Shown: positions 28,204-37,997 of the stretch, one piece after another
Layout of the letters: each line of letters starts with the position of its first letter
Numbering within the stretch: the first letter of the stretch is position 1
NCBI GenBank assembly: GCA_002840405.1
Contig: PHAR01000005.1
Span: forward strand, 11,894-75,893
Reading direction: 5' to 3'
Length of the DNA: 64,000 nucleotides
Source of the DNA: Deltaproteobacteria bacterium HGW-Deltaproteobacteria-8
Lineage (GTDB): Bacteria > Desulfobacterota > Desulfovibrionia > Desulfovibrionales > Desulfovibrionaceae
Made by a program: the position numbers and the translations under genes
Notes under the pieces: model-generated
Database searches by the model: none
The model's input: only the letters and a program-made list of their open reading frames with translations
What the model was told of the DNA's origin: nothing

Positions 28204-29574
28204 CTATCGTCTGCTTGGCTTTTTGCTTGGCTTGCGCGGCGTGGCTGCTGTTTCGGGCGTGCCGTCCCTGGCCTGGCGCTTGAAGAAGTTCCAGAGCATG
28301 GCCGTGGCGTCAGGGTCCGGGGTGGGCAGGTCGCAGTAGCGGTAGCGCACGGCCTCGCCGCCGGGCCAGGCGTGGCCTCCGCCCTTGACGATGGCGAACT
28401 CCACGGCCGCGCGCCCGGTTTTCTTGTCCGGGCCAAAGCGCTCCAGGCGGGTGCGGCTGTTGCGCGCGTCCCGCACCTGTTGCGGCTTGGCGTTGAGGCC
28501 CAGGCCGTGCACCCAGAAATCCACCTGGGCCTTGGCCGGAAAGTCGTCGCAGAAGCGTCCGCTGCGCGGCTGGCCCTGGGCTGGCCCGAAGCGCGCCACG
28601 CGGTCGCGGTTGCCGTGGATGATGAGTACGGGCAGGGGTTCTTTGGGCAGCGCCAGTTCACAGGGCAGCTGTCCGGCCACCGAGGCGATGGCGGCCACGA
28701 CGCCGGGCCGCTCCAGGGCGAAGCGGCTGGCCAGCATGGCCCCGTTGGAGAACCCGGCCAGGTAGATGCGCCGTGGGTCCACGGGATAGTCGGCCTTGAG
28801 GCGGTTGATGAGCGCGGCGAGAAAGCCCATGTCGTCGATCTTCTGGTCGCGCGCGTAGCCGCAGCACATCCAGGAGTTCCAGGTCTGGATGCCCGCGTTT
28901 TCCTGGCCTTGCGGTGCGGCCGTGCCCTCGGGGAACACGGCGAGGAAGCCCGCGCGGTCGGCCAGCCCGGCCAGCCCGGTCTGCTGCATGGCCTGCCTGG
29001 CCGAGCCGCCCGCCCCGTGCAGGAATATGACCACGGGCAGCGTGCGGGCTGCCTGGCCCTTTTTCAGGGCGAGGCCCTTGGGCAGGCGCACCAGGGCCAG
29101 GCGTTCGCGTCCATCGTGCTCCAGCCGCAGCGTGTCCATTCCCCGCAAACTCTGCTGCTGCGGCTTGGCGCGCTGTGGGGCATCCTGGCTGTGTGCGGGT
29201 TGTGCGGGCGCGCCTGGAAAGGCCGAGCCGGGCAATGGCGCAGGCTGCGGCGAGGTCGAAAGCGGCGAGCCGGCGGGCTGGGACGAAAGCGCCTTGACCA
29301 CCGGGGCCTTGGGCTGGGTGGGGGAGGTGGGGCCGGTTTGCGTTGATCCAGGCGCGTTGGAGCGCGCGGGCGTCTTGGGGAAGCCCGTGGCGGTCTGCTG
29401 CTGTTCCGGCGCGTGGGTCAGGGAGTCCAGGATGTCGCCCATGGCCTGCCTGGCCGAGGAGGTCTCGGCGGCCAGGGCAGGGGAGGCCGCGACCAACGGG
29501 AGCGTCAGCGCCAGGGCAATCGCCAGGGCCAGGGCCAAGGCCGGAGTCGCGCGCTGGGCCGGAACCGGGCTCAT
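28204..29574 (-). CDS. Secreted PHB-depolymerase/LpqC-type alpha/beta hydrolase esterase
   Basis: Signal peptide, low-complexity linker, and FLHGAGG, AGFSNGA (Ser), HGNRD and GGHAWPGG motifs. Confidence 0.85.
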   Translation of the reverse strand: MSPVPAQRATPALALALAIALALTLPLVAASPALAAETSSARQAMGDILDSLTHAPEQQQTATGFPKTPARSNAPGSTQTGPTSPTQPKAPVVKALSSQPAGSPLSTSPQPAPLPGSAFPGAPAQPAHSQDAPQRAKPQQQSLRGMDTLRLEHDGRERLALVRLPKGLALKKGQAARTLPVVIFLHGAGGSARQAMQQTGLAGLADRAGFLAVFPEGTAAPQGQENAGIQTWNSWMCCGYARDQKIDDMGFLAALINRLKADYPVDPRRIYLAGFSNGAMLASRFALERPGVVAAIASVAGQLPCELALPKEPLPVLIIHGNRDRVARFGPAQGQPRSGRFCDDFPAKAQVDFWVHGLGLNAKPQQVRDARNSRTRLERFGPDKKTGRAAVEFAIVKGGGHAWPGGEAVRYRYCDLPTPDPDATAMLWNFFKRQARDGTPETAATPRKPSKKPSRR

Positions 29575-29582
29575 GCGCGTGC

Positions 29583-30788
29583 CTATGACTTGCCTTGCAG
29601 GATCTTGCCGGTCATGGGGATGAAGAACACGCCCATGTCCTTGCGCGAATGGACCTTGCCCGATTTGTCCTTGGTGAACACGTAGAGCACCTGGCCCCTC
29701 TTGAAGGGCTGGCCGATGGGCACGATGAGCCGGCCCTCAGGCTTGAGCTGGCGCAAGAGCTCCGGGGAGACGTAGCGGGCCACGCAGGTGACCATGATGA
29801 TGTCGAAGCCGCCCTTGACCTCGGGCCAGCCGTAGTAGCCGTCGGCCACGCGGGTGCGCACGTTTTCCAGGCCCAGGGGCTTGTAGATCCGGGCCACGCC
29901 CGTGCCCAGGGGCTGGATGATCTCGACAGAGTAGACGTCCTTGACGATGCGCGACAGAAGCGAGCTCTGGAAGCCGGAGCCGGTGCCGATCTCCAGCACG
30001 GTGTCGCCGGGCCTGGGCCGGGACAGCTGGGTCATGTACGCCTGGCCCAGGTAGTCCGACAGGGCCGAGCCGTAGCCGATGGCCCAGGGCTTGGGCGCGG
30101 CCTCGTAGCTGTTGCTGGCGAAGGCCTGCTTGCGCTGGTAGTCGTAGTGGTAATACTCGCGCGGCAGCTCGCGGAAGGCGCGCAGCACGTTGGCGTCCGC
30201 CTGGCCGAAGCGGCGCTTGAGGTAGCGCTCGATGGACTGCATGGCCACGACCTTGCGCGCCTGCAGCTCCGCGAACTCCTGCTCCGGCAGCTCCGAGGCC
30301 CGGCCGGACTGGCGCATGGCCTCGCGGAAGGTCTTGTAGTTCCAGGGCGCTCCGGGCGACCAGGCGGCAGCCTCTCCACCGCCGGGCACGGGCGCGGCCT
30401 GGGCCTCGCCCACGGCCAGGGCCTTGCCGGTGAGGTGCGCCGGGGTCTGCGCCGGGGCAATGGCCTGAGCGATTGGCTGGGCGACAGGCTGGGCGGCGGT
30501 CTGGGCAGGGGCCTCGACCGGGGTTGGAACGGACGCTGGAACGGAAGTCGGGACCGGAGCCGCCTCGACGCGGATTGCCGAAGCCGCGGAAGTCGTAGCG
30601 TCCGCCGAAGCTGCCGAAGCTGCCGGGGCTGCCGACGCCGGGAGTGCGGCCGAAACCGAGACCGCAGGCGGAACGGAAGCCGGAGCCGCCCAGGGGGCCG
30701 GAAGCAGGTCCAGCGCCAGGGCTCCGGCCAGGGCCAGCAGGACGGTTGCGGCCAGACCGGCGGAAATCATCAGGCTTTTGCTGCGCAT
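29583..30788 (-). CDS. pcm: Protein-L-isoaspartate O-methyltransferase with an exported Ala/Pro-rich N-terminal extension
   Basis: VLEIGTGSGFQ, VEII, DGYYGW, FDII and GRLIVPIG motifs. Confidence 0.8.
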   Translation of the reverse strand: MRSKSLMISAGLAATVLLALAGALALDLLPAPWAAPASVPPAVSVSAALPASAAPAASAASADATTSAASAIRVEAAPVPTSVPASVPTPVEAPAQTAAQPVAQPIAQAIAPAQTPAHLTGKALAVGEAQAAPVPGGGEAAAWSPGAPWNYKTFREAMRQSGRASELPEQEFAELQARKVVAMQSIERYLKRRFGQADANVLRAFRELPREYYHYDYQRKQAFASNSYEAAPKPWAIGYGSALSDYLGQAYMTQLSRPRPGDTVLEIGTGSGFQSSLLSRIVKDVYSVEIIQPLGTGVARIYKPLGLENVRTRVADGYYGWPEVKGGFDIIMVTCVARYVSPELLRQLKPEGRLIVPIGQPFKRGQVLYVFTKDKSGKVHSRKDMGVFFIPMTGKILQGKS

Positions 30789-30944
30789 GGGGCGTTGGCT
30801 CCTCTGTTCACGGGATGCGAAGCCATAGCACGGCTCACCACGCCAGGGAAGCCCCTGGCCGCTGCACGCGGCGAGGCGAGAACCGCCAAGCTGGGCCAGG
30901 AGCAAAGGCCGGGCGCTGCTCCGATGGTCGAAGCTCTGGCAATG

Positions 30945-31241
30945 GCCTCCGGCGGCCGGGGGGCATGATGCCCCCCGGACCCCCTCGGAGGGCCTGGGCC
31001 GGAGTGGTTTGGGCAGGAGCCTCGGCTTGGCTTGGCCCTGGCAATGCGCGCTGGTTTTCCGAGGGGGGACCCTCAGAAAGCCCCGCGCGCGGTTGGCCCC
31101 GTTTTAGAGGGTTGCCAAAAGGACAGAGACACCCTCCCCTGCCACACACAAGCCGAAGGGCTGTTTCAGGTTCCTCCTGAAACAGCCCTTTCGGCGCACT
31201 GGGGGTTCCAAGGGGCCTCAGGCCCCTTGGCCGCCGGAGGC
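30945..31241. repeat. Complete 297 bp composite repeat with 13 bp terminal inverted repeats
   Basis: Starts GCCTCCGGCGGCC and ends GGCCGCCGGAGGC, with the same internal modules as the other copies. Confidence 0.85.
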
Positions 31242-32329
31242 TATTTCTCTTTCTCCAGCATGGCCAGCAGGCGCGGCAGCACCATGTCCGGCATCAGCTC
31301 CTTCAGGCAGCGCATGTGTCCCTGGGGGCAGTCGTTGTCGCCGCAGGGCTGGCAGGGCAGGCCCAGGGCCACGTCCTCGTGGCCGGGTCCGGGGAAGGTC
31401 CAGGCGTTGCTGCCGCCGCCGCGCACCACGAGGGTGGGCGTGCCCACGGCCACGGCGAAGTGCCGGGGCGAGGAGTCGTTGCCCAGGTGCAGGCGGGTGT
31501 GGGTGAGAATGGCGGGAACCTCGCGCAGTTCGGTCTGCCGGGGCGCCAGCAGGATGCGCTCCGCAGGCAGGCCGACCGCCTCGGCCAGGGCTTTGAGCGG
31601 CCTGGCCTCTTCCCTTTCGCCGGGGCCGTAGAGCAACAGGAACTTGAGGTCCGGGCGTGCCAGCCAGGCCTCGTGCAGCAGCTGCGCGTAGTGCGCCAGC
31701 GGCCAGATGCGCGTGGCGCGGCGGTGGGTGGCGTCCACAGTGATGAGGGTGTCGCCCGGCCGCACGCCCCAGGCGGCGAGCAGCTCTCCGGCTGCGGCGC
31801 GTTCGGCTGCGGTCAGGTAGACGCGTGGCGGGTCGTTCTTCCATTCCAGCCCAAAGGCGTGCATGACGCTGCCGGCCTTGCACTTGGCCGCGTAGGGGCC
31901 GCTGACCGGCGCCCAGTGGGTGTAGAAAGGCCGGTTGTACCAGGGCGGCGGGTAGGAGAGCTTGACCGGCGCGTCGGACAGCATAAGCACCGAGCGGATG
32001 CGCGGCACTTGCTGGAAGTCGATGATCAGGTCGTAGCGGCCGCGCCCTCCGCCCGTGCCCACGCGGCGATAGAACTTCAAGCTGTCGAGGAAGCCGAGAC
32101 TGCGGTCAAGCTCCCAGACGTGGGCCACCTCGGGGTTGTGCAAGAGCACGGGCGCGCACTTCTTCTCGGTCAGCACCTCGATCTCGGCGTCCGGGAAGCG
32201 CTGCTTGAGCATGTGGATGGTCGGGGTGAGCAGGATCACGTCGCCGATCTGGCGCTGCTGGCAGCAGAGGATGCGCCGGGGGTTCAGGTCCGCGAGTCCT
32301 TCGATGCGGTAGGAGGTCGGGCTGGGCAT
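31241..32329 (-). CDS. Glycosyltransferase family 9 (heptosyltransferase-like)
   Basis: QIGDVIL, FPDAEI and GNDSSPRHFAVAVGTPT motifs. Confidence 0.9.
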   Translation of the reverse strand: MPSPTSYRIEGLADLNPRRILCCQQRQIGDVILLTPTIHMLKQRFPDAEIEVLTEKKCAPVLLHNPEVAHVWELDRSLGFLDSLKFYRRVGTGGGRGRYDLIIDFQQVPRIRSVLMLSDAPVKLSYPPPWYNRPFYTHWAPVSGPYAAKCKAGSVMHAFGLEWKNDPPRVYLTAAERAAAGELLAAWGVRPGDTLITVDATHRRATRIWPLAHYAQLLHEAWLARPDLKFLLLYGPGEREEARPLKALAEAVGLPAERILLAPRQTELREVPAILTHTRLHLGNDSSPRHFAVAVGTPTLVVRGGGSNAWTFPGPGHEDVALGLPCQPCGDNDCPQGHMRCLKELMPDMVLPRLLAMLEKEK

Positions 32330-32338
32330 GGGCCCGTC

Positions 32339-34108
32339 CTAGCTGCTGGCGCAGCCGTACTGCATTTCGTAGAGGCGCTGGTAGGTCTCGCAGCGCGTGA
32401 GCAGCACCGCGTGCTTGCCCTGGTCGATGACGCGCCCGTTCTCCATGACCACGATCATGTCCGCCGTGAGGATGGTGGACAGCCGGTGGGCGATGACCAC
32501 GCTGGTGCGCGACTGCATGAGGTTCTCCAGGGCCAGCTGCACGATGCGCTCGCTCTCGGTGTCGAGCGCGCTGGTGGCCTCGTCCAGGATGAGCAGGGGC
32601 GGGTTCTTCAGGATGGCCCGGGCGATGGTCAGGCGCTGCTTCTGGCCGCCGGAGAGCTTGACCCCGCGTTCACCCACCAGGGTCTCGTAGCCCTGGGGCA
32701 GCTCCCGGATGAATTCGTCGGCATAGGCGGCGCGGGCCGCGGTCTCGATCTCCTCGCGGCTGTACTCGCGCGTGGCCCCGTAGGCGATGTTCTCGGCCAC
32801 GGTGGCATTGAACAGGAAGGTGTCCTGGGCGACCATGCCCGTGGCTCGGCGCAGGCTCTTCAGGTCGTAATCCCGCAGGGGGCGGCCGTTCAGGGTGATG
32901 CGCCCCTCCTGGGGATCAAAGAAGCGTGGCAGGAGGTTGGCCAGGGTGGTCTTGCCCGAGCCGCTGGAGCCCACTATGGCCACGCGCTCCCCGGCCTTGA
33001 CCAGCAGGCTCACGCCGTCGATGGCCGGGCGGGCGGTGTTGTCGTAGGCAAAGCGGACGTTCTCAAAAGCGAGCTCGCGAAAGGGCTCGGTCAGTTCAAC
33101 AACGCCGCCCTTTTCACTCACCACCTTGGTCATGTCCATGATCTCGAACACGCGTTCGGCCCCGGTCAGGGCCATCTGCAGGTCGATGTTGGCGCTGTTG
33201 ATGCGCTTGATGGGCTCGTACAAAAGCGCCAGGGCGGTGAGGAAGGACAAAAGCGCGCCGGTGGTCAGGCTGCCCTCGATGACGCGGGTTCCGCCGTACC
33301 AGAGCACCAGCCCGGCGGCCACGGCCCCGATGAACTCCATGACCCGCGAGGACTGCTCGCTGGCCAGCATCTGCTTGATGGTCATGCTCACGAGGGTCTT
33401 GGTCTGGGCCTTGAAGCGCACGGTCTCGCGCTGCTCCGTGGCAAAGCCCTTGATGACCTTGATGCCCGAGAGGCCTTCCTGCAGCAGCACGCTGACGTCG
33501 GACACGCTGGTCTGCGCCTTGCGGCCCAGCTTGCGCATGCGTTTGCTGTAGTAGATGAACGGGTAGAGCGCGGCAGGCAGCACCAGCACGCCCCAGAAGG
33601 CCAGTTGCAGGTCCAGATAGAACACGTAGAAGGTCAGGCCGATGACGGAGAAGACCTCGCGCACGAGCATCACCAGCGAGGGCAGGCTCTGGCGCATGAG
33701 GCCCACGTCGTTCAGCACGCGGCTCATGAGCATGCCCACCTGGGTGTCGTTGAAATAGCGCATGGGCAGGACCAGCATGCGCTCGTAGAGCTCGTTGCGG
33801 ATGGCGTTGATGGCCAGCAGGCCCGCCGTGTTCATGTAGTAGTTCTGGAAAAAGCGGAACAGGCCCTTGAGGCACATGAGCACGATGATGCCGATGGTCG
33901 CGACCTTGAGGGCTGTGGAGTCCTTGTTGATGAGCACCTCATCAACGATGTGCTTCACCAGCCAGGCCGTGGCCGCAGAGGTGGGCGCAACCACCAGCAT
34001 GCCGGCCAGCCCGAGGATGATGTTCTTCTTGTAGGGCAGGAAATAGCCCAGGGTGCGCGTCAGCAGGCGCAGGGAATGCTGGATGCCGGATGTCTCTTGA
34101 TCGCTCAA
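32339..34108 (-). CDS. msbA: Lipid A export ABC transporter (MsbA-like)
   Basis: Six-TM domain plus GSSGSGKT, LSGGQKQR and LDEATSALD. Probable TTG start (LSDQET) after GGAG. Confidence 0.85.
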   Translation of the reverse strand: MSDQETSGIQHSLRLLTRTLGYFLPYKKNIILGLAGMLVVAPTSAATAWLVKHIVDEVLINKDSTALKVATIGIIVLMCLKGLFRFFQNYYMNTAGLLAINAIRNELYERMLVLPMRYFNDTQVGMLMSRVLNDVGLMRQSLPSLVMLVREVFSVIGLTFYVFYLDLQLAFWGVLVLPAALYPFIYYSKRMRKLGRKAQTSVSDVSVLLQEGLSGIKVIKGFATEQRETVRFKAQTKTLVSMTIKQMLASEQSSRVMEFIGAVAAGLVLWYGGTRVIEGSLTTGALLSFLTALALLYEPIKRINSANIDLQMALTGAERVFEIMDMTKVVSEKGGVVELTEPFRELAFENVRFAYDNTARPAIDGVSLLVKAGERVAIVGSSGSGKTTLANLLPRFFDPQEGRITLNGRPLRDYDLKSLRRATGMVAQDTFLFNATVAENIAYGATREYSREEIETAARAAYADEFIRELPQGYETLVGERGVKLSGGQKQRLTIARAILKNPPLLILDEATSALDTESERIVQLALENLMQSRTSVVIAHRLSTILTADMIVVMENGRVIDQGKHAVLLTRCETYQRLYEMQYGCASS

Positions 34109-34220
34109 ATGTCGCTCCCATGGGGCGTTGCCCGGCCAGAAACGGCAGGGTTGGCATCGTATACCCGCACATGGCGGGTCATGGCAAGGTGGCCAGGGGC
34201 GGAGTCCTGGGGCCTTGCGC

Positions 34221-35459
34221 CTACAGTACTTCGGGGCTGGGGATGGGCACGACGAAGCGTCCGCCCCAGGCGCGGATGCAATCGAGCTGTCCCATGATCT
34301 CGTCCTTGATGTTCCAGGGCAGGATGAGCACGAAATCGGGCCTCTTCTCGGCAATGGCCGAGGGCGGCAGCACCGGGATGCGGCTGCCTGGCAGGAACAG
34401 GCCCTGCTTGTGCGGGCTGGCATCGCAGACAAAGGCCACCTGGTCCGGCTTGACCCCGCAGAAATTGAGCAGGGTGTTGCCCTTGGCTGCGGCGCCGTAG
34501 GCGGCCACGGTGCGCCCGGCCAGCTTCTGCTCGGCCAAAAAGCCCAGCAGCTCGGCCTTGATGCGTTCTGCCCGGACCTGAAAGCCCGCGTAATAGTCGT
34601 CGGTGAGCATGCCTGCGGCTGTCTCCAGGGCCAGCAGGGCGTGCAGGCGCTCGGTCTCAGCGGCCAACGGGTCGGCCTGGTAGCGGGCCAGATGGCAGGC
34701 GTGGATGCGCAGGCTCCCGCCGTGGGTGGACAGCTCCTCGACATCGAAAACCACGAGCCCATGGGCCGCGAAAATGCCGCGCACGGTGGTCAGCGACAGA
34801 TATGAGAAGTGCTCGTGGTACACGGTGTCAAACTGGGCCGACTCCACGAGACGATACAGGTGCGGGAACTCCATGTTGATGAGCCCGCCGGGGCCGAGGG
34901 CGAGCTTGAGGCCTTCCACGAAGTCGTTCAGGTCCGGTACGTGCGCCAGCACGTTGTTGCCGATGATCAGGTCGGCCTGCCGGCCCTGCCCGCCCAGCTC
35001 CGTGGCCAGGCGCACGCCGAAAAAGTCCTCGATGGTTTCAATGCCCTTTTCCCGCGCCACCTTGGCCGTGGAGCCCGAGGGCTCGATGCCGAGCGCCGGA
35101 ACCCCGCTCTCCTTGACGTATTGCAGCAGGTAGCCGTCGTTACTGGCGATTTCCATGACCAGGGACTGCGGCCCCAGGCCCAGGCGCGGGAGGGTCTCCT
35201 CGACATAGGCCTTGGCGTGGGCCAGCCAGGTGCTCGAATAGGACGAGAAGTAGACGTAGCCGGAGGAGAAGATCTCTGTGGAGCGCTTGTACTCGTCCAC
35301 CTGCACCAGCCTGCAGTCCGGACAGGTGTAAAGCTTGAGAGGGTAGTACACCTCTGGTCCGTTCAGGTCCTCGGCCGAGAGGAAGGAGTTGGACGGCGGA
35401 GCCGCGCCCAGGTCGAGGAAGACTTGGGACAAGGGAGTGGCGCAAAAACGGCAGTTCAT
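34221..35459 (-). CDS. NDP-hexose C-methyltransferase family (zinc-binding N-terminus)
   Basis: CRFC..CPDC zinc site, EIASNDG, YHEH and YGAAAKGNT motifs. Confidence 0.85.
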   Translation of the reverse strand: MNCRFCATPLSQVFLDLGAAPPSNSFLSAEDLNGPEVYYPLKLYTCPDCRLVQVDEYKRSTEIFSSGYVYFSSYSSTWLAHAKAYVEETLPRLGLGPQSLVMEIASNDGYLLQYVKESGVPALGIEPSGSTAKVAREKGIETIEDFFGVRLATELGGQGRQADLIIGNNVLAHVPDLNDFVEGLKLALGPGGLINMEFPHLYRLVESAQFDTVYHEHFSYLSLTTVRGIFAAHGLVVFDVEELSTHGGSLRIHACHLARYQADPLAAETERLHALLALETAAGMLTDDYYAGFQVRAERIKAELLGFLAEQKLAGRTVAAYGAAAKGNTLLNFCGVKPDQVAFVCDASPHKQGLFLPGSRIPVLPPSAIAEKRPDFVLILPWNIKDEIMGQLDCIRAWGGRFVVPIPSPEVL

Positions 35460-36016
35460 GGAATCTCCAAGGGTGCGAAGCCGGCGGCGACAAGGGGGTG
35501 GGCGGCGTCGCGGGCCGAGAGGTCGACCACGGGCAGGGGCCAATTGATGCCCAGCGCCGGGTCGTCATGGCGCAGGCCGTCTTCGCAGTCCGGGCTGTAG
35601 AATTCGTCGTGCAGGTACAAAAGCTCGCAGTCGTCCGTGAGGGTCTGGAAGCCGTGGGCAAAGCCGCGCGGCAGGAACAGGGCCAGGCGGTTTGCGGCGG
35701 AAAGCTCCACCGCGTGCCACGTGAGGAACGTGGGCGAGCCCGCGCGCAGGTCCACGGCCACATCCAGCACGCGGCCCTTGAGGCAGCGCACAAGCTTGGC
35801 CTCGGCCTTGGGCGGGCGCTGGAAATGCAGGCCGCGCACGGCGCCCTTGGCGCGGGTGAGCGAGTGGTTGATCTGGGCGATGGGCCGCATGCCGAGGGCA
35901 GCCAGTTCGGCCGCGCAGAACAGCCGGGCAAAGCTGCCCCGGTGGTCCTCGAAGGCCGCGGTCTCGATGACGACGAGGCCGGAAAGGGGCTGGGGGAGGA
36001 GGGTCAGCTTGCCCAC
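35456..36016 (-). CDS. rfbC: NDP-4-keto-6-deoxyhexose 3,5-epimerase
   Basis: DHRGSF, RGLHFQ, DVAVDLR and GFAHGF motifs. Confidence 0.85.
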   Translation of the reverse strand: MGKLTLLPQPLSGLVVIETAAFEDHRGSFARLFCAAELAALGMRPIAQINHSLTRAKGAVRGLHFQRPPKAEAKLVRCLKGRVLDVAVDLRAGSPTFLTWHAVELSAANRLALFLPRGFAHGFQTLTDDCELLYLHDEFYSPDCEDGLRHDDPALGINWPLPVVDLSARDAAHPLVAAGFAPLEIP

Positions 36017-36024
36017 GCGCGGTC

Positions 36025-37152
36025 CTACGCGCCCTTCTTGTGGTCCACGAACTCGCGCACGCGGGCGCGCACCAGTTCGCGCAGGTCGTGGTCGCCCTTG
36101 GCCCAGGCGTGGTACCAGCCGCAGGTCCAGAGCAGGGCCTCGTCCAGCCCAAGGCGCGGCTGCCAGCCGAGGAGGGTGCGGGCCTTGGAGCAGTCGAGCA
36201 CCAGCAGTCCGGCCTCGTGCGGGTGTTCCCCCTTGTCCAGATCCAGACGGGCGTCGTCGCTCCAGAGCGTTGCGAAGCGCCCGGCCACCTGGCCCACGCT
36301 GCGCACATCGTCCGGGCCTGGGCCGAAGTTCCAGCCGCCCCCGAATGTGGCTGCGTCCGGCCCGCCCTCGAGGAGCCTGCGCGCCAGGAGCAGATAGCCG
36401 GTGAGCGGCTCCAGCACGTGCTGCCAGGGGCGCACGGCCTCGGGCCGGCGGATGCGCACGGCCTCACCCTTGGCAAAGGCCCGGGCCATGTCCGGCACCA
36501 GGCGGTCGGTGGCGAAGTCGCCCCCGCCGATGACGTTGCCCGCGCGGGCCGTGGCCATGGCCGTGCGGTGCTCGGCATGCTTCTCGGCCGGGAAAAATGA
36601 CCGCGCATAGGCCGCAGCGGCCAGCTCGGCGCAGCCCTTGCTGGCGGAGTAGGGGTCGTGGCCGCCCATGGGGTCGCACTCGCGATAGCCGTGCACCCAC
36701 TCGCGGTTCTCGTAGCACTTGTCGCTGGTGACCACGACGATGGCGCGGTTCAGGCCCTCGGGCGCGGGAGCCAGGCGGCAGGCTTCCAGCACGTTGACCG
36801 TGCCCTGTACGTTCACGGCAAAGGTGCCTGCCGGGTCGGCGTAGGAGGGCCGCACCAGGGACTGCGCGGCCATGTGGATGACGATCTCGGGCGCGAACTC
36901 GGCCACGGCCCGGGTCAGCTGCGGCAGGTCCAGGATGTCGGCGTGCAGGTTCGTCTGGCCCTTTGGCGGGCCAGTCTCAGGACCGGAGTCCAGGCCGGTG
37001 AGCCCGAAGAGGCTGGGAGTGCTTGGCGGGTCCAGGGAATAGCCAAGGACTGTGGCTCCCAGGTGGGCCAGCAGGTGGCAGAGCCACGCGCCCTTGAAGC
37101 CCGTGTGGCCGGTGACGAAAACCCGGCGGCCCTGGAAGAAGTTGTCCTGCAT
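36025..37152 (-). CDS. rfbG: CDP-glucose 4,6-dehydratase
   Basis: TGHTGFKG, TSDKCY, DPYSASK, RAGNVIGGGD and RPWQHVLEPL motifs. Confidence 0.92.
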   Translation of the reverse strand: MQDNFFQGRRVFVTGHTGFKGAWLCHLLAHLGATVLGYSLDPPSTPSLFGLTGLDSGPETGPPKGQTNLHADILDLPQLTRAVAEFAPEIVIHMAAQSLVRPSYADPAGTFAVNVQGTVNVLEACRLAPAPEGLNRAIVVVTSDKCYENREWVHGYRECDPMGGHDPYSASKGCAELAAAAYARSFFPAEKHAEHRTAMATARAGNVIGGGDFATDRLVPDMARAFAKGEAVRIRRPEAVRPWQHVLEPLTGYLLLARRLLEGGPDAATFGGGWNFGPGPDDVRSVGQVAGRFATLWSDDARLDLDKGEHPHEAGLLVLDCSKARTLLGWQPRLGLDEALLWTCGWYHAWAKGDHDLRELVRARVREFVDHKKGA

Positions 37153-37180
37153 GCGCCCTCCTACCGGATCATCCACCCGG

Positions 37181-37975
37181 CTACCAGATCTTCCACCCGG
37201 CCTGGCCGGTTTCCCAGAGCTTGTTCAGGTACTCGGTGTCGCGCAGGGTGTCCATGCAGGCCCAGAACCCGGGGTGGCGGTAGACCATGAGCTCGCCCTC
37301 CTCGGCCAGGCGCTCCAGGGGGCCGTATTCCAGGTCGCAGGAGTCGTCCTCGGTCAGGCGCTCGAAGATGGCACGGTTCAGCACCATGTAGCCGCCGTTG
37401 ATGAGCTTGTCGGAGCAGTCGGACTGGCCGGGGCCTTTGGGCTTCTCGTGGAAGCGGGCCACGCGATCGCCCTCTATCTTGAGTTCGCCGAAGCGCGAGG
37501 CCGGGTTCACGCCGGTGATGGTGACCATCTTGCCGTGGGCCTTGTGGAAAGCTTCGAGCTTCGCCAGATCGACGTTGGCCACCCCGTCGCCGTAAGTCAA
37601 AAGGAAGGTGTCGCCCTTGATGTACTTGGCGACTTTTTTGAGCCGCGCGCCCTTGAACGCCTTCTCTCCGGTGCTGGCCAGGGTGATCTTCCAGCCGCAC
37701 TCTTCGTGGCAGGAATGCAACTGGGCATTGAGCGGCTTGCCCAACTCGATGGTGATGTCGTTGTTCATGGCCTCGTAGTTGAGGAAATAGTCCTTGATCA
37801 TCTCGCCCTTATAGCCCAGGGCCAGGGTGAAGTCCGTGTGTCCTTGTGTGGCGAAGATCTTCATGATGTGCCAGAGGATGGGCCGCGAGCCAATGCCCAC
37901 CATGGGCTTGGGCCGAAACTCGGTTTCTTCGCGCAGGCGGGTGCCGAGCCCCCCGCAGAGGATGACGACTTCCAT
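37181..37975 (-). CDS. rfbF: Glucose-1-phosphate cytidylyltransferase
   Basis: LCGGLGTRLREET, PKPM, TYGDG and GFWACMDTLRD motifs. Confidence 0.92.
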   Translation of the reverse strand: MEVVILCGGLGTRLREETEFRPKPMVGIGSRPILWHIMKIFATQGHTDFTLALGYKGEMIKDYFLNYEAMNNDITIELGKPLNAQLHSCHEECGWKITLASTGEKAFKGARLKKVAKYIKGDTFLLTYGDGVANVDLAKLEAFHKAHGKMVTITGVNPASRFGELKIEGDRVARFHEKPKGPGQSDCSDKLINGGYMVLNRAIFERLTEDDSCDLEYGPLERLAEEGELMVYRHPGFWACMDTLRDTEYLNKLWETGQAGWKIW

Positions 37976-37997
37976 GTGCTGTTCCTTCTGGTTCCTG

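Noticed and set aside
34109-34762. Apparent fusion-like extension of MsbA
   Set aside because: It is an off-frame read of the upstream methyltransferase gene. The probable start is the TTG at 34108.
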